Origin: Bdellovibrionales bacterium
Lineage (GTDB): Bacteria > Bdellovibrionota > Bdellovibrionia > Bdellovibrionales > UBA1609
Direction of reading: 5' to 3'
Assembly (NCBI GenBank): GCA_028819545.1
Contig: JAPPLG010000014.1
Span: forward strand, 81,501-145,500
Length of the DNA: 64,000 bases
A model generated the notes under the pieces. The model saw nothing but the letters and a program-made list of their open reading frames with translations, ran no database searches and was not told the origin of the DNA. The position numbers were made by a program, and so were the translations under genes. The stretch's first letter is position 1. Every line of letters starts with the position of its first letter. This document shows, in pieces, positions 39,725-49,681 of this stretch.

Positions 39725-40003
39725 CTATCCATCTTCTTTTGCAACAGTCTTTGAAGAAGTTGCAGATGTATTGTCTCTTTTTAAAATGGACTCTAATTTT
39801 AAAGCCATATCCTCTTTGGAAAGGTTAGTGTCCACCGCTCCCGCCGCCACTTCTCGAAGGGCATTCACAACATACTTATTATTGGCAGACACAAGAGGCT
39901 GATCTCCATTTAAAAACTGACGCACCCTTTTAGCCACTAAAATCACTAAAGTAAATCGATTGGATACTTTATCCAAGCAGTCTTCTACCGTTACCCGAGC
40001 CAT
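39725..40003 (-). CDS. rpoZ: RNA polymerase omega subunit
   Basis: [21 protein letters not shown]. Confidence 0.96.
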   Translation of the reverse strand: MARVTVEDCLDKVSNRFTLVILVAKRVRQFLNGDQPLVSANNKYVVNALREVAAGAVDTNLSKEDMALKLESILKRDNTSATSSKTVAKEDG

Positions 40004-40085
40004 AGAGTTCCCCTTTTGTAGTTAGTGAAAATAAAAACTGTATTACATATACAAAACAAGATTTGAACAGAAATAATAAAAAAAT

Positions 40086-40664
40086 TCAATCTATTTCTTG
40101 AAAAAGATACTTTTTAATCTCTTTTTGTAATTCCAATGTTGCCTGTTTTAAATCATCATTGATAATCTTAACATCCACACATTGTTCAAGCCGTTCTACC
40201 TCGCTTGTATAAGCCTCTAAACGCAATATTTGGTTTTCATTTGGACTTGCCTTTCTTTTGGCCATTCTATTTTTAGCCTCCTCTTTTGAAGATGGAAACA
40301 CTCCCACGGTTAAACTTTGAGGATAACTTTCTTTAACAGACTGAAGACCCTGTAGATCCAAATCTTTAATGACGGCTTTTCCGTCATTCCATATTTTTTC
40401 GACCTGCTTTTTGGAGGTGCCGTAATAATATCCATAAACTTGAGCCCATTCCAGCATCTCTCCATTGCTGATCTTTCGAAAAAATTCTTCTTTAGACACA
40501 AAAAAATAATCCTTTTGATCTTTTTCAAAAGGGCGTTTTTCACGTGTTGTAAATGAAATTGTAGGAGTTAAAACCTGAATATCCTGAATCATATTTTTCA
40601 ACAAGGTGGATTTCCCGGCCCCACTGGGGCCGCACAGGATAATAAATGGATTTTTAATCATCAT
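40086..40664 (-). CDS. gmk: Guanylate kinase
   Basis: GPSGAGKST, TTR..R, DYFFVS, YYGT. Confidence 0.95.
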   Translation of the reverse strand: MMIKNPFIILCGPSGAGKSTLLKNMIQDIQVLTPTISFTTREKRPFEKDQKDYFFVSKEEFFRKISNGEMLEWAQVYGYYYGTSKKQVEKIWNDGKAVIKDLDLQGLQSVKESYPQSLTVGVFPSSKEEAKNRMAKRKASPNENQILRLEAYTSEVERLEQCVDVKIINDDLKQATLELQKEIKKYLFQEID

Positions 40665-40700
40665 CTCTTAATTTACTTCTTTTTCAGAAAAAAAAGAAGC

Positions 40701-41510
40701 TTAAAAACTGGATCTTTGTGTGCGAAAACGGCCTCTTTTCTGCAAACTTCCCACTTGCTCACCACTTACTGTATAAAAAATACCTTTTATTTCCCAGTTC
40801 ACAGAATAATTGGGAATACGAAGAGTCGTAAAATTACTGTCATTGGTATTGACCTCAGGAGGAGCAGGCAGGCCATCCAAATAAAATGCCAAGTTGCCCA
40901 TAACATAGCTTCTGGCAAAATCACTATAAGTTGTATAACTTCCCTCATTACAGTCAGGTATGCCTCTATCTCTATCGTGTTGAGTTCTAGCACACACACC
41001 TTTCTCTCCTTCAGAAGAAGTTCCAGGATTCAATATATAGAGGAAAGGGGTTGTCTCACAATATCCACTGGCAAAAGGCTTGTCTGTCACTTGAGCGTCT
41101 GCACCACCACCTTTTACTTTAAAATTAATTTCTTCAATGACCAAATGATATGCACTTCGGTTTCTAATAACCGGAAAAACTTTAAACCAATAATCACTGA
41201 CAGAAAGAAAAATTGAATTTTTACGTTCTCCATCCTGTGATTCACCTCCTGTAGTTTCTTCTCCCTGTTGTGCACGAAACTCATCCCATGGAGTGGTAAA
41301 AGGCTCCGGAAGCCCTCTTCTACAAATAATATCCTCCTGACCTTTGAAACGAACTATTGGAGTAGGCACACAAACAATCTGATCTCCGGCTCTCCGTGTA
41401 GCACCACACATTTGAACATCCACCTGAGAGCTAAAATATCTGCCCTCTACACAAGATAAGAAAGGCAAAAAAATGAATATTAAAAATATAATATAAAGTT
41501 TTTTAAACAT
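40701..41510 (-). CDS. Lipoprotein of unknown function directly downstream of pilQ
   Basis: Lipobox FLSC; several Cys; 9 bp after the pilQ stop. Confidence 0.75.
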   Translation of the reverse strand: MFKKLYIIFLIFIFLPFLSCVEGRYFSSQVDVQMCGATRRAGDQIVCVPTPIVRFKGQEDIICRRGLPEPFTTPWDEFRAQQGEETTGGESQDGERKNSIFLSVSDYWFKVFPVIRNRSAYHLVIEEINFKVKGGGADAQVTDKPFASGYCETTPFLYILNPGTSSEGEKGVCARTQHDRDRGIPDCNEGSYTTYSDFARSYVMGNLAFYLDGLPAPPEVNTNDSNFTTLRIPNYSVNWEIKGIFYTVSGEQVGSLQKRGRFRTQRSSF

Positions 41511-41519
41511 ATTGCTCTC

Positions 41520-43919
41520 TTAATTGTTGGAGGCCACATCTGCAGACTCTTTGCCAATATCAATAATGCGAGGAGTGAGAAACAACAACAGCTCTGTTCT
41601 AACTCTCCTGTCGACCAATTGAGAAAAGAGCCATGAAACCACGGGGATATGCTGAAGAAAAGGCACCCCCTGCAGACTTTCCACTTCTCTTGTTTCGTAA
41701 ATACCTCCAATCACTGCTGTCTGACCGCTTTTGACCAAAATTCGAGTGGTGGCGCTTCTATTGCTGACAGGTTTGGCTTCACTGCCTCCTTGTCCGCGTT
41801 GAGGCGCTCCTTCCGAAGAACGATTCACACTCACCTGCATATAAATACTATCTACATTAGTAATTTCAGGAGTGACCTGGAGGCTTAACTGCAAAGGGGA
41901 TCTTTGAATTTGAATTTGAGAGCCTCCCCCTCCTTCAGGAATAACAGCTGAAAATGCAATACTCTCAGAACTCTGATTCACAGATGCGGCCTGCCCATTG
42001 AGAGCCATAATGCGAGGAGAGCTTAAAACACGAGCACTCCCATTTGTTTCAGCAAAACCCAACTGAACATCCAAGTCCCCCAAACCTCTGAAAGTTCCAA
42101 TCAATAAGTTACTTCCCAGGGTTCCGGCATTCGGAGAACTGGGCAAAGCACTTAGTAAAGGGCTGGGAGTAATTTCAACACCGCCAAGAGCGCCAATAGA
42201 AGGAGTTGTTATAGACTCCCCGGGAATCAACCATGAAATACCAAAGTCTCTTGAAAAGTCCTCGCTGGCTTCAACAATTTTAGCCGCAATCATCACTTGT
42301 TTAGGTGTGCGGTCCAAATCTCCAATAAGCTTTTTCATTCTGGAAATAGCTTTTTCCGTATCACGAATAATAAGTGCATTGTTTTGAGAGTCCGCCTGCA
42401 CATTTCCCCGAGTTGTTTTAAACACATTAATCTGGCTTAAAATGTTGCCCGCCTGAGCATAAGCAATAGGAACAATTTCCAACTTCAAAGGAGCTGAAGC
42501 CTCCTGTTGAAGTTTGATAGCGTTCAATTTGGACTGCATAGCTTCAAAATCTTGAATACCGGCAATAGTCACTACATTGCCTTCTCTCACATAAGCTAAG
42601 TCATTTTGTTTCATAATTAAAAAGAGAGCCTGATCCCATGGAACTTCTTTAAGCTGTATATTCACTTTGGCATCTTTAATTTTATTTGAAATAATCATAT
42701 TGATTCCAGAGTCTTCGACCAAAAAATACAAAATATCTTTAAGCCCCGCATCTCGTACGTCCAAGGTAATAGGCTTTCCATAAAATTTTTGGTCTTTAAG
42801 CAAAAAATCATAAATTGTAGCGGCTTGAAGAAACGGAGTCTCTCCCCCTAAAGGAACTCCCTCCTCTTCAGAAAAAGTTTCATCAGTTAACAGCTCCGGC
42901 TCTTCGTCAAAAGCGTCCATACCTTCTTGTTCGCTGTCTGCAATAGATGTATCTACAGCACTTTCTCCTACAGAAGAGATCATAAAACCGCCGGTATCTG
43001 TTTCTGCAATAAGAGGAGCCGGGCTCTCAGGCCTCATTTGAATAATAATACGAACAACATTTTCAGATTTTTGATCAGCCTGCAATAGAGCAAACCCGGA
43101 TTGAAATTCCTTCATAATATAAGGCCATCTTAAATTATCCATAAGAACTGCATTGGGAATTTCAACGATAAACTGTCTGGTTGCTTCATTGAATCGTGAA
43201 CGATAAGAAGGAACCCCTCCTGTGACATCAATATGAATTTGCTCATTTTCATATCGAATATTATTAATACGAATATTAGATGATGTATCTTCCTGAGCAA
43301 CTGTAGTTTCTTCTTCAATAACAGGCTCTTGAGCAATAACATCTTCCTCCACTGCATCGACACTCACAGGAGCATCCTCCACTATGGTTTCTTCTTGAGC
43401 TACTTCACCTTCAAGGGCTCCTACATCTTCAACAACCTCTACCGGCTCTTCTGCACCTAATACTTGAGCTGTCTCCAACTCTTCTGCAGAAACAGGATCC
43501 AGACCCTCTTCTGTAATTTCAGATAAAGGTTCTTCCGCCTGTTCTGCTACAACCTCTTCCTCTAATGGATCTTCGCCAATAGATTCAGCATACTCAGCTT
43601 CTTCATCAGCAAATTCCGCAAACTCATCTTCAATCTCTTTTAATTCATCTTCAGCCTCTTGCTCTTCTAATTCAGCAGACTGCGTGGCAGACGGACCTTC
43701 TTCAGAAGAAAGATCTTCCATTTCCTGATCATACTCATCTTCATCCTGAGAGGCCAAAAACTCTTCTTCCTCTTCATCCTCATAGTTATAAGCACTAGTA
43801 TCTTCTTGAGTTTCTACAGAAGTACATGCGTAAAGCAAAAAAGTAAAAATAAAAAATAATATTTTAATCATGACAAACCTCTTACCTTTCGTAAAATAAT
43901 TCCATTCCTTTTGCAGCAC
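41520..43919 (-). CDS. pilQ: Type IV pilus secretin PilQ with long acidic N-terminal extension
   Basis: Lipobox LYAC, AMIN-like region, ITLDVRDA..VPWDQAL, QVMIAAKIVEA, GVPFL..IP, ELLLFLTPRI; true start probably about 43871. Confidence 0.92.
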   Translation of the reverse strand: MLQKEWNYFTKGKRFVMIKILFFIFTFLLYACTSVETQEDTSAYNYEDEEEEEFLASQDEDEYDQEMEDLSSEEGPSATQSAELEEQEAEDELKEIEDEFAEFADEEAEYAESIGEDPLEEEVVAEQAEEPLSEITEEGLDPVSAEELETAQVLGAEEPVEVVEDVGALEGEVAQEETIVEDAPVSVDAVEEDVIAQEPVIEEETTVAQEDTSSNIRINNIRYENEQIHIDVTGGVPSYRSRFNEATRQFIVEIPNAVLMDNLRWPYIMKEFQSGFALLQADQKSENVVRIIIQMRPESPAPLIAETDTGGFMISSVGESAVDTSIADSEQEGMDAFDEEPELLTDETFSEEEGVPLGGETPFLQAATIYDFLLKDQKFYGKPITLDVRDAGLKDILYFLVEDSGINMIISNKIKDAKVNIQLKEVPWDQALFLIMKQNDLAYVREGNVVTIAGIQDFEAMQSKLNAIKLQQEASAPLKLEIVPIAYAQAGNILSQINVFKTTRGNVQADSQNNALIIRDTEKAISRMKKLIGDLDRTPKQVMIAAKIVEASEDFSRDFGISWLIPGESITTPSIGALGGVEITPSPLLSALPSSPNAGTLGSNLLIGTFRGLGDLDVQLGFAETNGSARVLSSPRIMALNGQAASVNQSSESIAFSAVIPEGGGGSQIQIQRSPLQLSLQVTPEITNVDSIYMQVSVNRSSEGAPQRGQGGSEAKPVSNRSATTRILVKSGQTAVIGGIYETREVESLQGVPFLQHIPVVSWLFSQLVDRRVRTELLLFLTPRIIDIGKESADVASNN

Positions 43920-44643
43920 TACCTGCCGCCGCTGTACTTAAAGTTTTTTCATAGGGTTCAAATCTCACTAAGCCTGTTGCCGGATCTGTAACCGGCTTCA
44001 TCGCCCAAATACGATCTGTTTCAATTCTGGCAATCAAAGCACCCTCCTGCCCGAGCCGATCATTTTCAGTTAAAGTATAAGTTTTATTTTGAACCTCGAA
44101 CAAAGCTCTTGGAACCACTCCATCACGACCCCATATGATGGCCCTCAATTGAATATTATCAATACTGGCTTGTTCTACAGGATGCAGACGGTCTTCAGGA
44201 AGTGTCGTAATATCCTTTAAAGCTCCCGGCTTGGAAAAAGGATCTTTCTTATCTTCAATAGTATATTTATAGTCCGGGGTATATGCTCTAATTTTTAATC
44301 GCAAAGCTCTGACCTCCTCAGACTCCTCTCCCGCAGGCACAGCCTCTGCCTGCTCAACTTCTTCTTGAGTATCTTTTGGTTGTTCTGCCTCTTCAGCTGT
44401 CTGCACTACTCCTTCTGTAACTTCCAGCCCTTCCACTGTGTCGAGTTTTGTTGGAGGAGCATTATCCAATAAAACTTCTGCTTCTGCTGTCCCGGGAGGA
44501 AGTTGCCCTGTTGGAGAAGGAACTTGAATATCTACAGCAGTATCTGTCGAAGACTCCGGTACATCCAACACAGGTTGATTGTCTTCCGACAAAGAAAAAC
44601 ACGTAGAGAATAATAAGATTAAAAACAAATAAAAGCGACTCAT
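43882..44643 (-). CDS. pilP: Type IV pilus assembly protein PilP-like
   Basis: KKDPF, LRAIIW..RAL, RLG..G.IARI; position between pilO and pilQ. Confidence 0.75.
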   Translation of the reverse strand: MSRFYLFLILLFSTCFSLSEDNQPVLDVPESSTDTAVDIQVPSPTGQLPPGTAEAEVLLDNAPPTKLDTVEGLEVTEGVVQTAEEAEQPKDTQEEVEQAEAVPAGEESEEVRALRLKIRAYTPDYKYTIEDKKDPFSKPGALKDITTLPEDRLHPVEQASIDNIQLRAIIWGRDGVVPRALFEVQNKTYTLTENDRLGQEGALIARIETDRIWAMKPVTDPATGLVRFEPYEKTLSTAAAGSAAKGMELFYER

Positions 44644-44676
44644 ACTTTCTTAGGCTATTCAAACACGTATGTTTCT

Positions 44677-45297
44677 TCAAGTCTGCTCATTTTGCTTTGC
44701 ATTTTCATCTTGCACGGTGGCAGGTTGAATGTAACGAAAACCAAGTACGTTGATCTGTGCTTGTATCTTTTGAATTTTAACATCTCCTGATTCATTTCTA
44801 TTCCCGACTGCCACAGGCTTAATGTCTACATTTTGAACAGTAATAACTTTATCCAAGTCCGTCAGCTTTGACAAAAAACTTAAAAACTGTGCAAACTCCC
44901 CTTCTATCACCAATTGTACATTTAAAGTTTCGTAAAGTTCCGTTTGTTTTTGCCTTGAAGAACCCTTCATAGACATAATTTCCAAACCGCTGTCTTTTGA
45001 AAGACGCGTTAAGTCTTGAAACAGTTGTCGATTGGTTAACTGATACGGAAAATACTCATAAAACAACTCTAACTCTTGCCCCAATAATCTCACACTATTG
45101 TCAAATGCAACGGCCTTTTCTATTTCTTCTTTTTTCTTTTTAATATTTTTATCCGTTTGAATAATTTGATTTTTGACATTTTCTGTTTCTTGAATAATAT
45201 CAAGGCCTGGATCATACAAAAAAAACCAATAACCTGACGCAAGCACCCCTGATATAAAAATCATACCAATGATAGTAAGATTAGAAATAAAATTCAT
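44677..45297 (-). CDS. pilO: Type IV pilus assembly protein PilO
   Basis: TM plus coiled coil, SGL, GEFAQFLSFL..L..VITV. Confidence 0.85.
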   Translation of the reverse strand: MNFISNLTIIGMIFISGVLASGYWFFLYDPGLDIIQETENVKNQIIQTDKNIKKKKEEIEKAVAFDNSVRLLGQELELFYEYFPYQLTNRQLFQDLTRLSKDSGLEIMSMKGSSRQKQTELYETLNVQLVIEGEFAQFLSFLSKLTDLDKVITVQNVDIKPVAVGNRNESGDVKIQKIQAQINVLGFRYIQPATVQDENAKQNEQT

Positions 45298-45312
45298 GAC
45301 AAAAACCTAAAA

Positions 45313-45984
45313 TTAAGTGCCTGAATCATCAATGATTTTACCTGTAATTCTAAAATTTTTAATTTTAGTCTGTTGATTCGACACAACATCTTCCCAATTG
45401 ATTGAATGATAGACAGTGTCTTGCCTTTGCAGTCTCCCAACAAATTGATCAATTACATCTTCTTTGCTGGCTGAACCTGCAATAGTGAGCTTATCTCCCT
45501 TTACACTCACTGTGCTGAAAAACATAAAATCATTCATATTTTCTTGCTCTGAAGCTCGGCCCATTGCATCCTGCACACTATCTAAAACACGAATCACCAT
45601 AATTCTCTCTTGAGCTATTTTTTTCAGAATTCCTAATTTATTTTGAAAATCTTCATGTTTTTTATGAGCCCCATCATACGCAGCCAGCTGTGATGTCAGT
45701 TTTTGCAATTCTTGATTTTTAGCGTTTAACTCTCCTTCTACCTGAGCTTTTTGTTGTAACAACATATTTTTATTGTATTTCTCATAAAAGACCAAACCCG
45801 CAGGAATGATCCCAATAACAGCAAGTTTTATACCTAAAGATATAAGAGTATGAATACCAAACTCACCTGATTCCAGATGTTGTTTCAGCTGGCTGGATAA
45901 ATCCAATTTAATTGTACTGCTATGTTGACCTGATTTTTTAAAATTAATCATCAGAAAAACTCCACCTGAATAAGTGTAGCACAC
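45313..45984 (-). CDS. pilN: Type IV pilus assembly protein PilN
   Basis: MINF motif, TM, coiled coil, LTIAGSA..FV..L; between pilM and pilO. Confidence 0.75.
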   Translation of the reverse strand: MCYTYSGGVFLMINFKKSGQHSSTIKLDLSSQLKQHLESGEFGIHTLISLGIKLAVIGIIPAGLVFYEKYNKNMLLQQKAQVEGELNAKNQELQKLTSQLAAYDGAHKKHEDFQNKLGILKKIAQERIMVIRVLDSVQDAMGRASEQENMNDFMFFSTVSVKGDKLTIAGSASKEDVIDQFVGRLQRQDTVYHSINWEDVVSNQQTKIKNFRITGKIIDDSGT

Positions 45985-46007
45985 CTTTTAATCATTAAAC
46001 TAGAACT

Positions 46008-47090
46008 TTATCGTCTTGAAACAATTTGACTAAGAGCCAAACCCACACAAGTTCCTGCAAAAGAATGCAAATCAGTCAATTTTTTCTTGGAAAAACCTTT
46101 TGTTTGAATGTTGCGAAACACTTGTAAGTTCTCTATGTCTGACTGCATTCTTTGAGAAATTTCTGACTGCAAACCAGGAACATTACGCCCACCTCCTGTA
46201 ACACAAACCTTTGAAATAACAGCTTTAGAAAAGTAATTAAAGAAATATTCCATACCAGTGGAAATCTCTTGCGCAACTACTGAATTATGGTTTTGAATAA
46301 TTTCCATTGCTTCATCCGGAACGCTTTCTCCTTTACACACTGTATCCAGTAAATTTTGTGCTTCATCGTAGTTAACACCTAACCTGCGTTGAATCTCCTG
46401 CAAATAAGATTGAGTTCCTGTAAACAAATCTCTTGAAAAAACAACATGAAAATTTCGAATGACATAAAATCCGGTGGTTTGAAAACCAATATCTAAAACA
46501 AGAACATAATCAGATCTCTCAAGCTGATTATAGTTTTTTGATAAAATATACTGCAAAGACAATAAAGATGGAAAAACAACATCTGTTTGAACAGCAATAT
46601 CATGAGTGCATATATTGTATGTATTGAGATCTTTATTCTGCATTGCTATTAGAAAAACAGAATCCATATTTGGATCATCATCTTCCATACGCGGCAAATC
46701 AATAGTCACATACTCTGTTTGTTCGATATCAAAAGGCAAATGTTGAGAGGCCTCAAAGCGAATATTTTCTTTTTTCACACTGATATGATCTGACTTGATG
46801 ACACTCAGTTTCCTGGTCACAATAGCAGACCCACCTATTCCCAATATAACTTTACATTTACTGGTATATTGAACTTGCTTATAGAGCAGATGCTTTAACT
46901 GTGCCTGAACCAACTGGCTGTCTATCAACGTACTTTTATCCATAGCCTGAGCGGGAACGGGAGTCATTTCAAAATGTGTCAACACAGGTTTTCGGTCTAC
47001 CATTTTAAATTGTGCGGCCTTAAGATACCTGGACCCCATATCAATTGTAATCAACGTTTTCTTTGGAAAAAATAAATTGGATAAAGCCAC
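46008..47090 (-). CDS. pilM: Type IV pilus assembly protein PilM
   Basis: IDMGSRYLK, EASQHLPF, LDIG, VTGGG actin-like motifs; GTG start. Confidence 0.9.
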   Translation of the reverse strand: MALSNLFFPKKTLITIDMGSRYLKAAQFKMVDRKPVLTHFEMTPVPAQAMDKSTLIDSQLVQAQLKHLLYKQVQYTSKCKVILGIGGSAIVTRKLSVIKSDHISVKKENIRFEASQHLPFDIEQTEYVTIDLPRMEDDDPNMDSVFLIAMQNKDLNTYNICTHDIAVQTDVVFPSLLSLQYILSKNYNQLERSDYVLVLDIGFQTTGFYVIRNFHVVFSRDLFTGTQSYLQEIQRRLGVNYDEAQNLLDTVCKGESVPDEAMEIIQNHNSVVAQEISTGMEYFFNYFSKAVISKVCVTGGGRNVPGLQSEISQRMQSDIENLQVFRNIQTKGFSKKKLTDLHSFAGTCVGLALSQIVSRR

Positions 47091-47123
47091 TAGACCGCCT
47101 TTTTAAGAAATAGAAATTATAAA

Positions 47124-47924
47124 TTAACTTTCAAAAATAGAAAATATAAAAAATGAACTATCCGGATAAGAAAACAAAATAAATAAATAAGTTGCTAATG
47201 CCAGGTAAGGCCCAAAGGCTAATTCCATTCCTAAAAGTGATTTTCGCTCTTTATTATAACGTATCACTGCGTATATTACATACAGCGTTCCTAAAATACT
47301 CACCCACAGCAATACCGGTAAAAGATTGCGAAAACCCACTAAAGCGCCAATCCAAGCCAACATCTTTATATCTCCGCCTCCCATACCTTCTTTCTTAAAA
47401 ATAAAATGGTAAACAGCCCCCAGCACTAAAAGAAACCCTCCTCCATACACTACGCCCAATATTGCAGAAATGAATTCCCTTTCAGGATTAATCCAGGCGC
47501 CAAGCAAAGCCAGCCCTATCCCTCCTAAGGTGCATGTATCAGGCAAAATAGTTCGTTTGAGATCCACTGCAGAAGCTATAACAGCAATGATGCAGAAAAG
47601 AGCTATTTCAACAACATACCAACTTTCATATAAAGCCAAACAGACAACAGCCAGGGAAAACCCCATAACAAATTCAATCACAGGTCTTCTGACATCTATT
47701 CTTCTAAGACATTTTGAACATTTACCGCAGGCAAATAACCAAGATAAGACAGGGATAAACCCTAAAAAATAATGACAGCTTGGACATCTGTACAGCTTGA
47801 ATTTTCTATGTCCTTCATAAATCAAAACCAGCCCATAAGCCCACTGACCTATAAACAGACCTAAAATAAAGATAATAAAAATAATACTATACAAAATCTT
47901 TTCGATTAAAAATTTGAATCGCAA
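47124..47924 (-). CDS. pilD: Prepilin peptidase (A24)
   Basis: CPSC/CSKC, DLKRTILPD, GMGGGDIK, AFGPYL; start uncertain. Confidence 0.92.
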   Translation of the reverse strand: MRFKFLIEKILYSIIFIIFILGLFIGQWAYGLVLIYEGHRKFKLYRCPSCHYFLGFIPVLSWLFACGKCSKCLRRIDVRRPVIEFVMGFSLAVVCLALYESWYVVEIALFCIIAVIASAVDLKRTILPDTCTLGGIGLALLGAWINPEREFISAILGVVYGGGFLLVLGAVYHFIFKKEGMGGGDIKMLAWIGALVGFRNLLPVLLWVSILGTLYVIYAVIRYNKERKSLLGMELAFGPYLALATYLFILFSYPDSSFFIFSIFES

Positions 47925-48672
47925 TAACCAAAAACAATATCACCCAAGATACAGCATAAAAAGAATAAAACATGACCTCTGTGAAAGGCACCAAGTCTTG
48001 ATACACAACATGAGGTCTCCAGTTAAAGCGCTCCAGGTTTGGAAATACCAACACTCCATACTCGGAAATAAACCTTAAAAAAGGCTCTTCTGTTTTTTGC
48101 AATAACGTTTTCATAGTATCAATCCAATGCCCAATAATAAAAAAACATACTGTGTAACAAATAATTAAAAAATTAGATGTAAAAGAACTAAATAAAATAG
48201 AAATGGAAAGTAAAACTAAAGCTTCCAGGTAAATACCCCACAAGGACTTAAAGAAGACAGATTGGATGGGAATCTGAAAATAATAAAAAATACCAGATAA
48301 AATAAAGCCTAACAGAATAACAGCAACAATCATGATAAAGGCCATTCCAAAAAACTTACCTAAAATATATTGGGCGCGGGAGATAGGCCGTGTAATCAAT
48401 GTGGTGATAATTTTCTTCTCCATATCCCTTGTAATAGATAAACTTCCAAAGAAAATAGAGGCGGCAATTAAAACAATTTGTGCGGCAAAAAGACTAAAAT
48501 TTACTGTGATACGTTTCTCTTCAGACATAGAAAGAGGACCCAAAATAGCCCCTACTGAAAGAATTAAAACAGCAACCAAAACCAAACCATAAAAGAATCG
48601 ATGACGTATGACTTCCTGAAATCCATTCGCGGCCAATATAAAAATATTTCTCCACATTTTCATTATGCTCAC
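47887..48672 (-). CDS. ABC transporter permease (PilI-like)
   Basis: RDMEKK..TLITRPISRAQYILGKF; about 6 TM segments; PNL. Confidence 0.85.
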   Translation of the reverse strand: MSIMKMWRNIFILAANGFQEVIRHRFFYGLVLVAVLILSVGAILGPLSMSEEKRITVNFSLFAAQIVLIAASIFFGSLSITRDMEKKIITTLITRPISRAQYILGKFFGMAFIMIVAVILLGFILSGIFYYFQIPIQSVFFKSLWGIYLEALVLLSISILFSSFTSNFLIICYTVCFFIIGHWIDTMKTLLQKTEEPFLRFISEYGVLVFPNLERFNWRPHVVYQDLVPFTEVMFYSFYAVSWVILFLVIAIQIFNRKDFV

Positions 48673-49550
48673 CTTTGCTTTAAAGCCAATTTTCTAAAAG
48701 TTTCTTCCAGATTCGTACTGACTCTTTCTACAGAAACAACGTCCAGTTTCTGTTGCCTGAGTTCATCCAATATTTTTTGACATTCTTCCAAATTGGAAGC
48801 CAGCCGGGTTTGGTCTGCCTTATTTTGATCAATATAGATAATTTCCATCTTATCTGATTCAGCCCCCATAAACTCTCCCATATCTCCTTCAAAAATAACC
48901 TCACCCTCTTTTAAAACCACTAAATCTGAACAAAGCCTTTCCACATCATGTAAAAGGTGACTGCTCAAAAACACAGAGGTGCCGCGCTCCGCAACTTGAT
49001 GAATAATTTCCATAACATAAGAGCGCCCATTGAAATCCAAACCAGACATGGGTTCATCTAAAATCAAAAGATCCGGTTCATGGATGACCGCTTGAAGCAA
49101 CCCAATTTTCTGAAGCATACCTTTTGAATATTGTCTCAACTTTTTATCTCTATCTTTGCTTAAATCCATTTTTTTTAACAGCATATTAATCCGAGATTTT
49201 AAATCAGACTTAGAATACTTAGCATGAGAAAGCCTCCCATAAAAAAATAAAAACTCCTCTCCTGTTAAAAAATCATAAAAGTAAGGGTGCTCCGGAAGAA
49301 ACCCAATTCGAGACCATAACTTTGAGTGAAGCTTTTGGCTTCCAAAAAAACGACACTCCCCTTGATCCGGCCATATCAACTCCAACATACATTTCATAGT
49401 TGTTGTCTTGCCCGATCCATTTGCTCCTAAAAACCCTGTGATCTTGCCTTCAGCCACTGAAAAAGTAATATTTTTTAAAACAGAAACTTTCTTAGAACCT
49501 AAACCTTTTTGAAAAGACTTATTCAAACCTTTCACAGAAATAACAGACAT
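48669..49550 (-). CDS. ABC transporter ATP-binding protein (PilH-like)
   Basis: GANGSGKTT, YSKGMLQK, ILDEPMSGLD, SSHLL. Confidence 0.92.
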   Translation of the reverse strand: MSVISVKGLNKSFQKGLGSKKVSVLKNITFSVAEGKITGFLGANGSGKTTTMKCMLELIWPDQGECRFFGSQKLHSKLWSRIGFLPEHPYFYDFLTGEEFLFFYGRLSHAKYSKSDLKSRINMLLKKMDLSKDRDKKLRQYSKGMLQKIGLLQAVIHEPDLLILDEPMSGLDFNGRSYVMEIIHQVAERGTSVFLSSHLLHDVERLCSDLVVLKEGEVIFEGDMGEFMGAESDKMEIIYIDQNKADQTRLASNLEECQKILDELRQQKLDVVSVERVSTNLEETFRKLALKQR

Positions 49551-49600
49551 GATCTGAACTCCAGAATATTATTAAGCTATTCACATTATAATACAACAAA

Positions 49601-49628
49601 TGAGTTGTTTGAGTGACAATACAACTCA
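49601..49628. repeat. Inverted repeat between carB and the pilus ABC operon (operator or terminator)
   Basis: tgagttgt-N12-acaactca; TATAAT on the minus strand at 49585-49590. Confidence 0.45.
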
Positions 49629-49681
49629 CCTCTAAAAATTTAATCCATTTTTTTTGCTTTGTAAAGAAAAGCTGATAAAAA

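Noticed and set aside
40716-41216. 166-aa ORF on the + strand
   Set aside because: Antisense to a lipoprotein gene that fits the pil operon; no recognisable motifs
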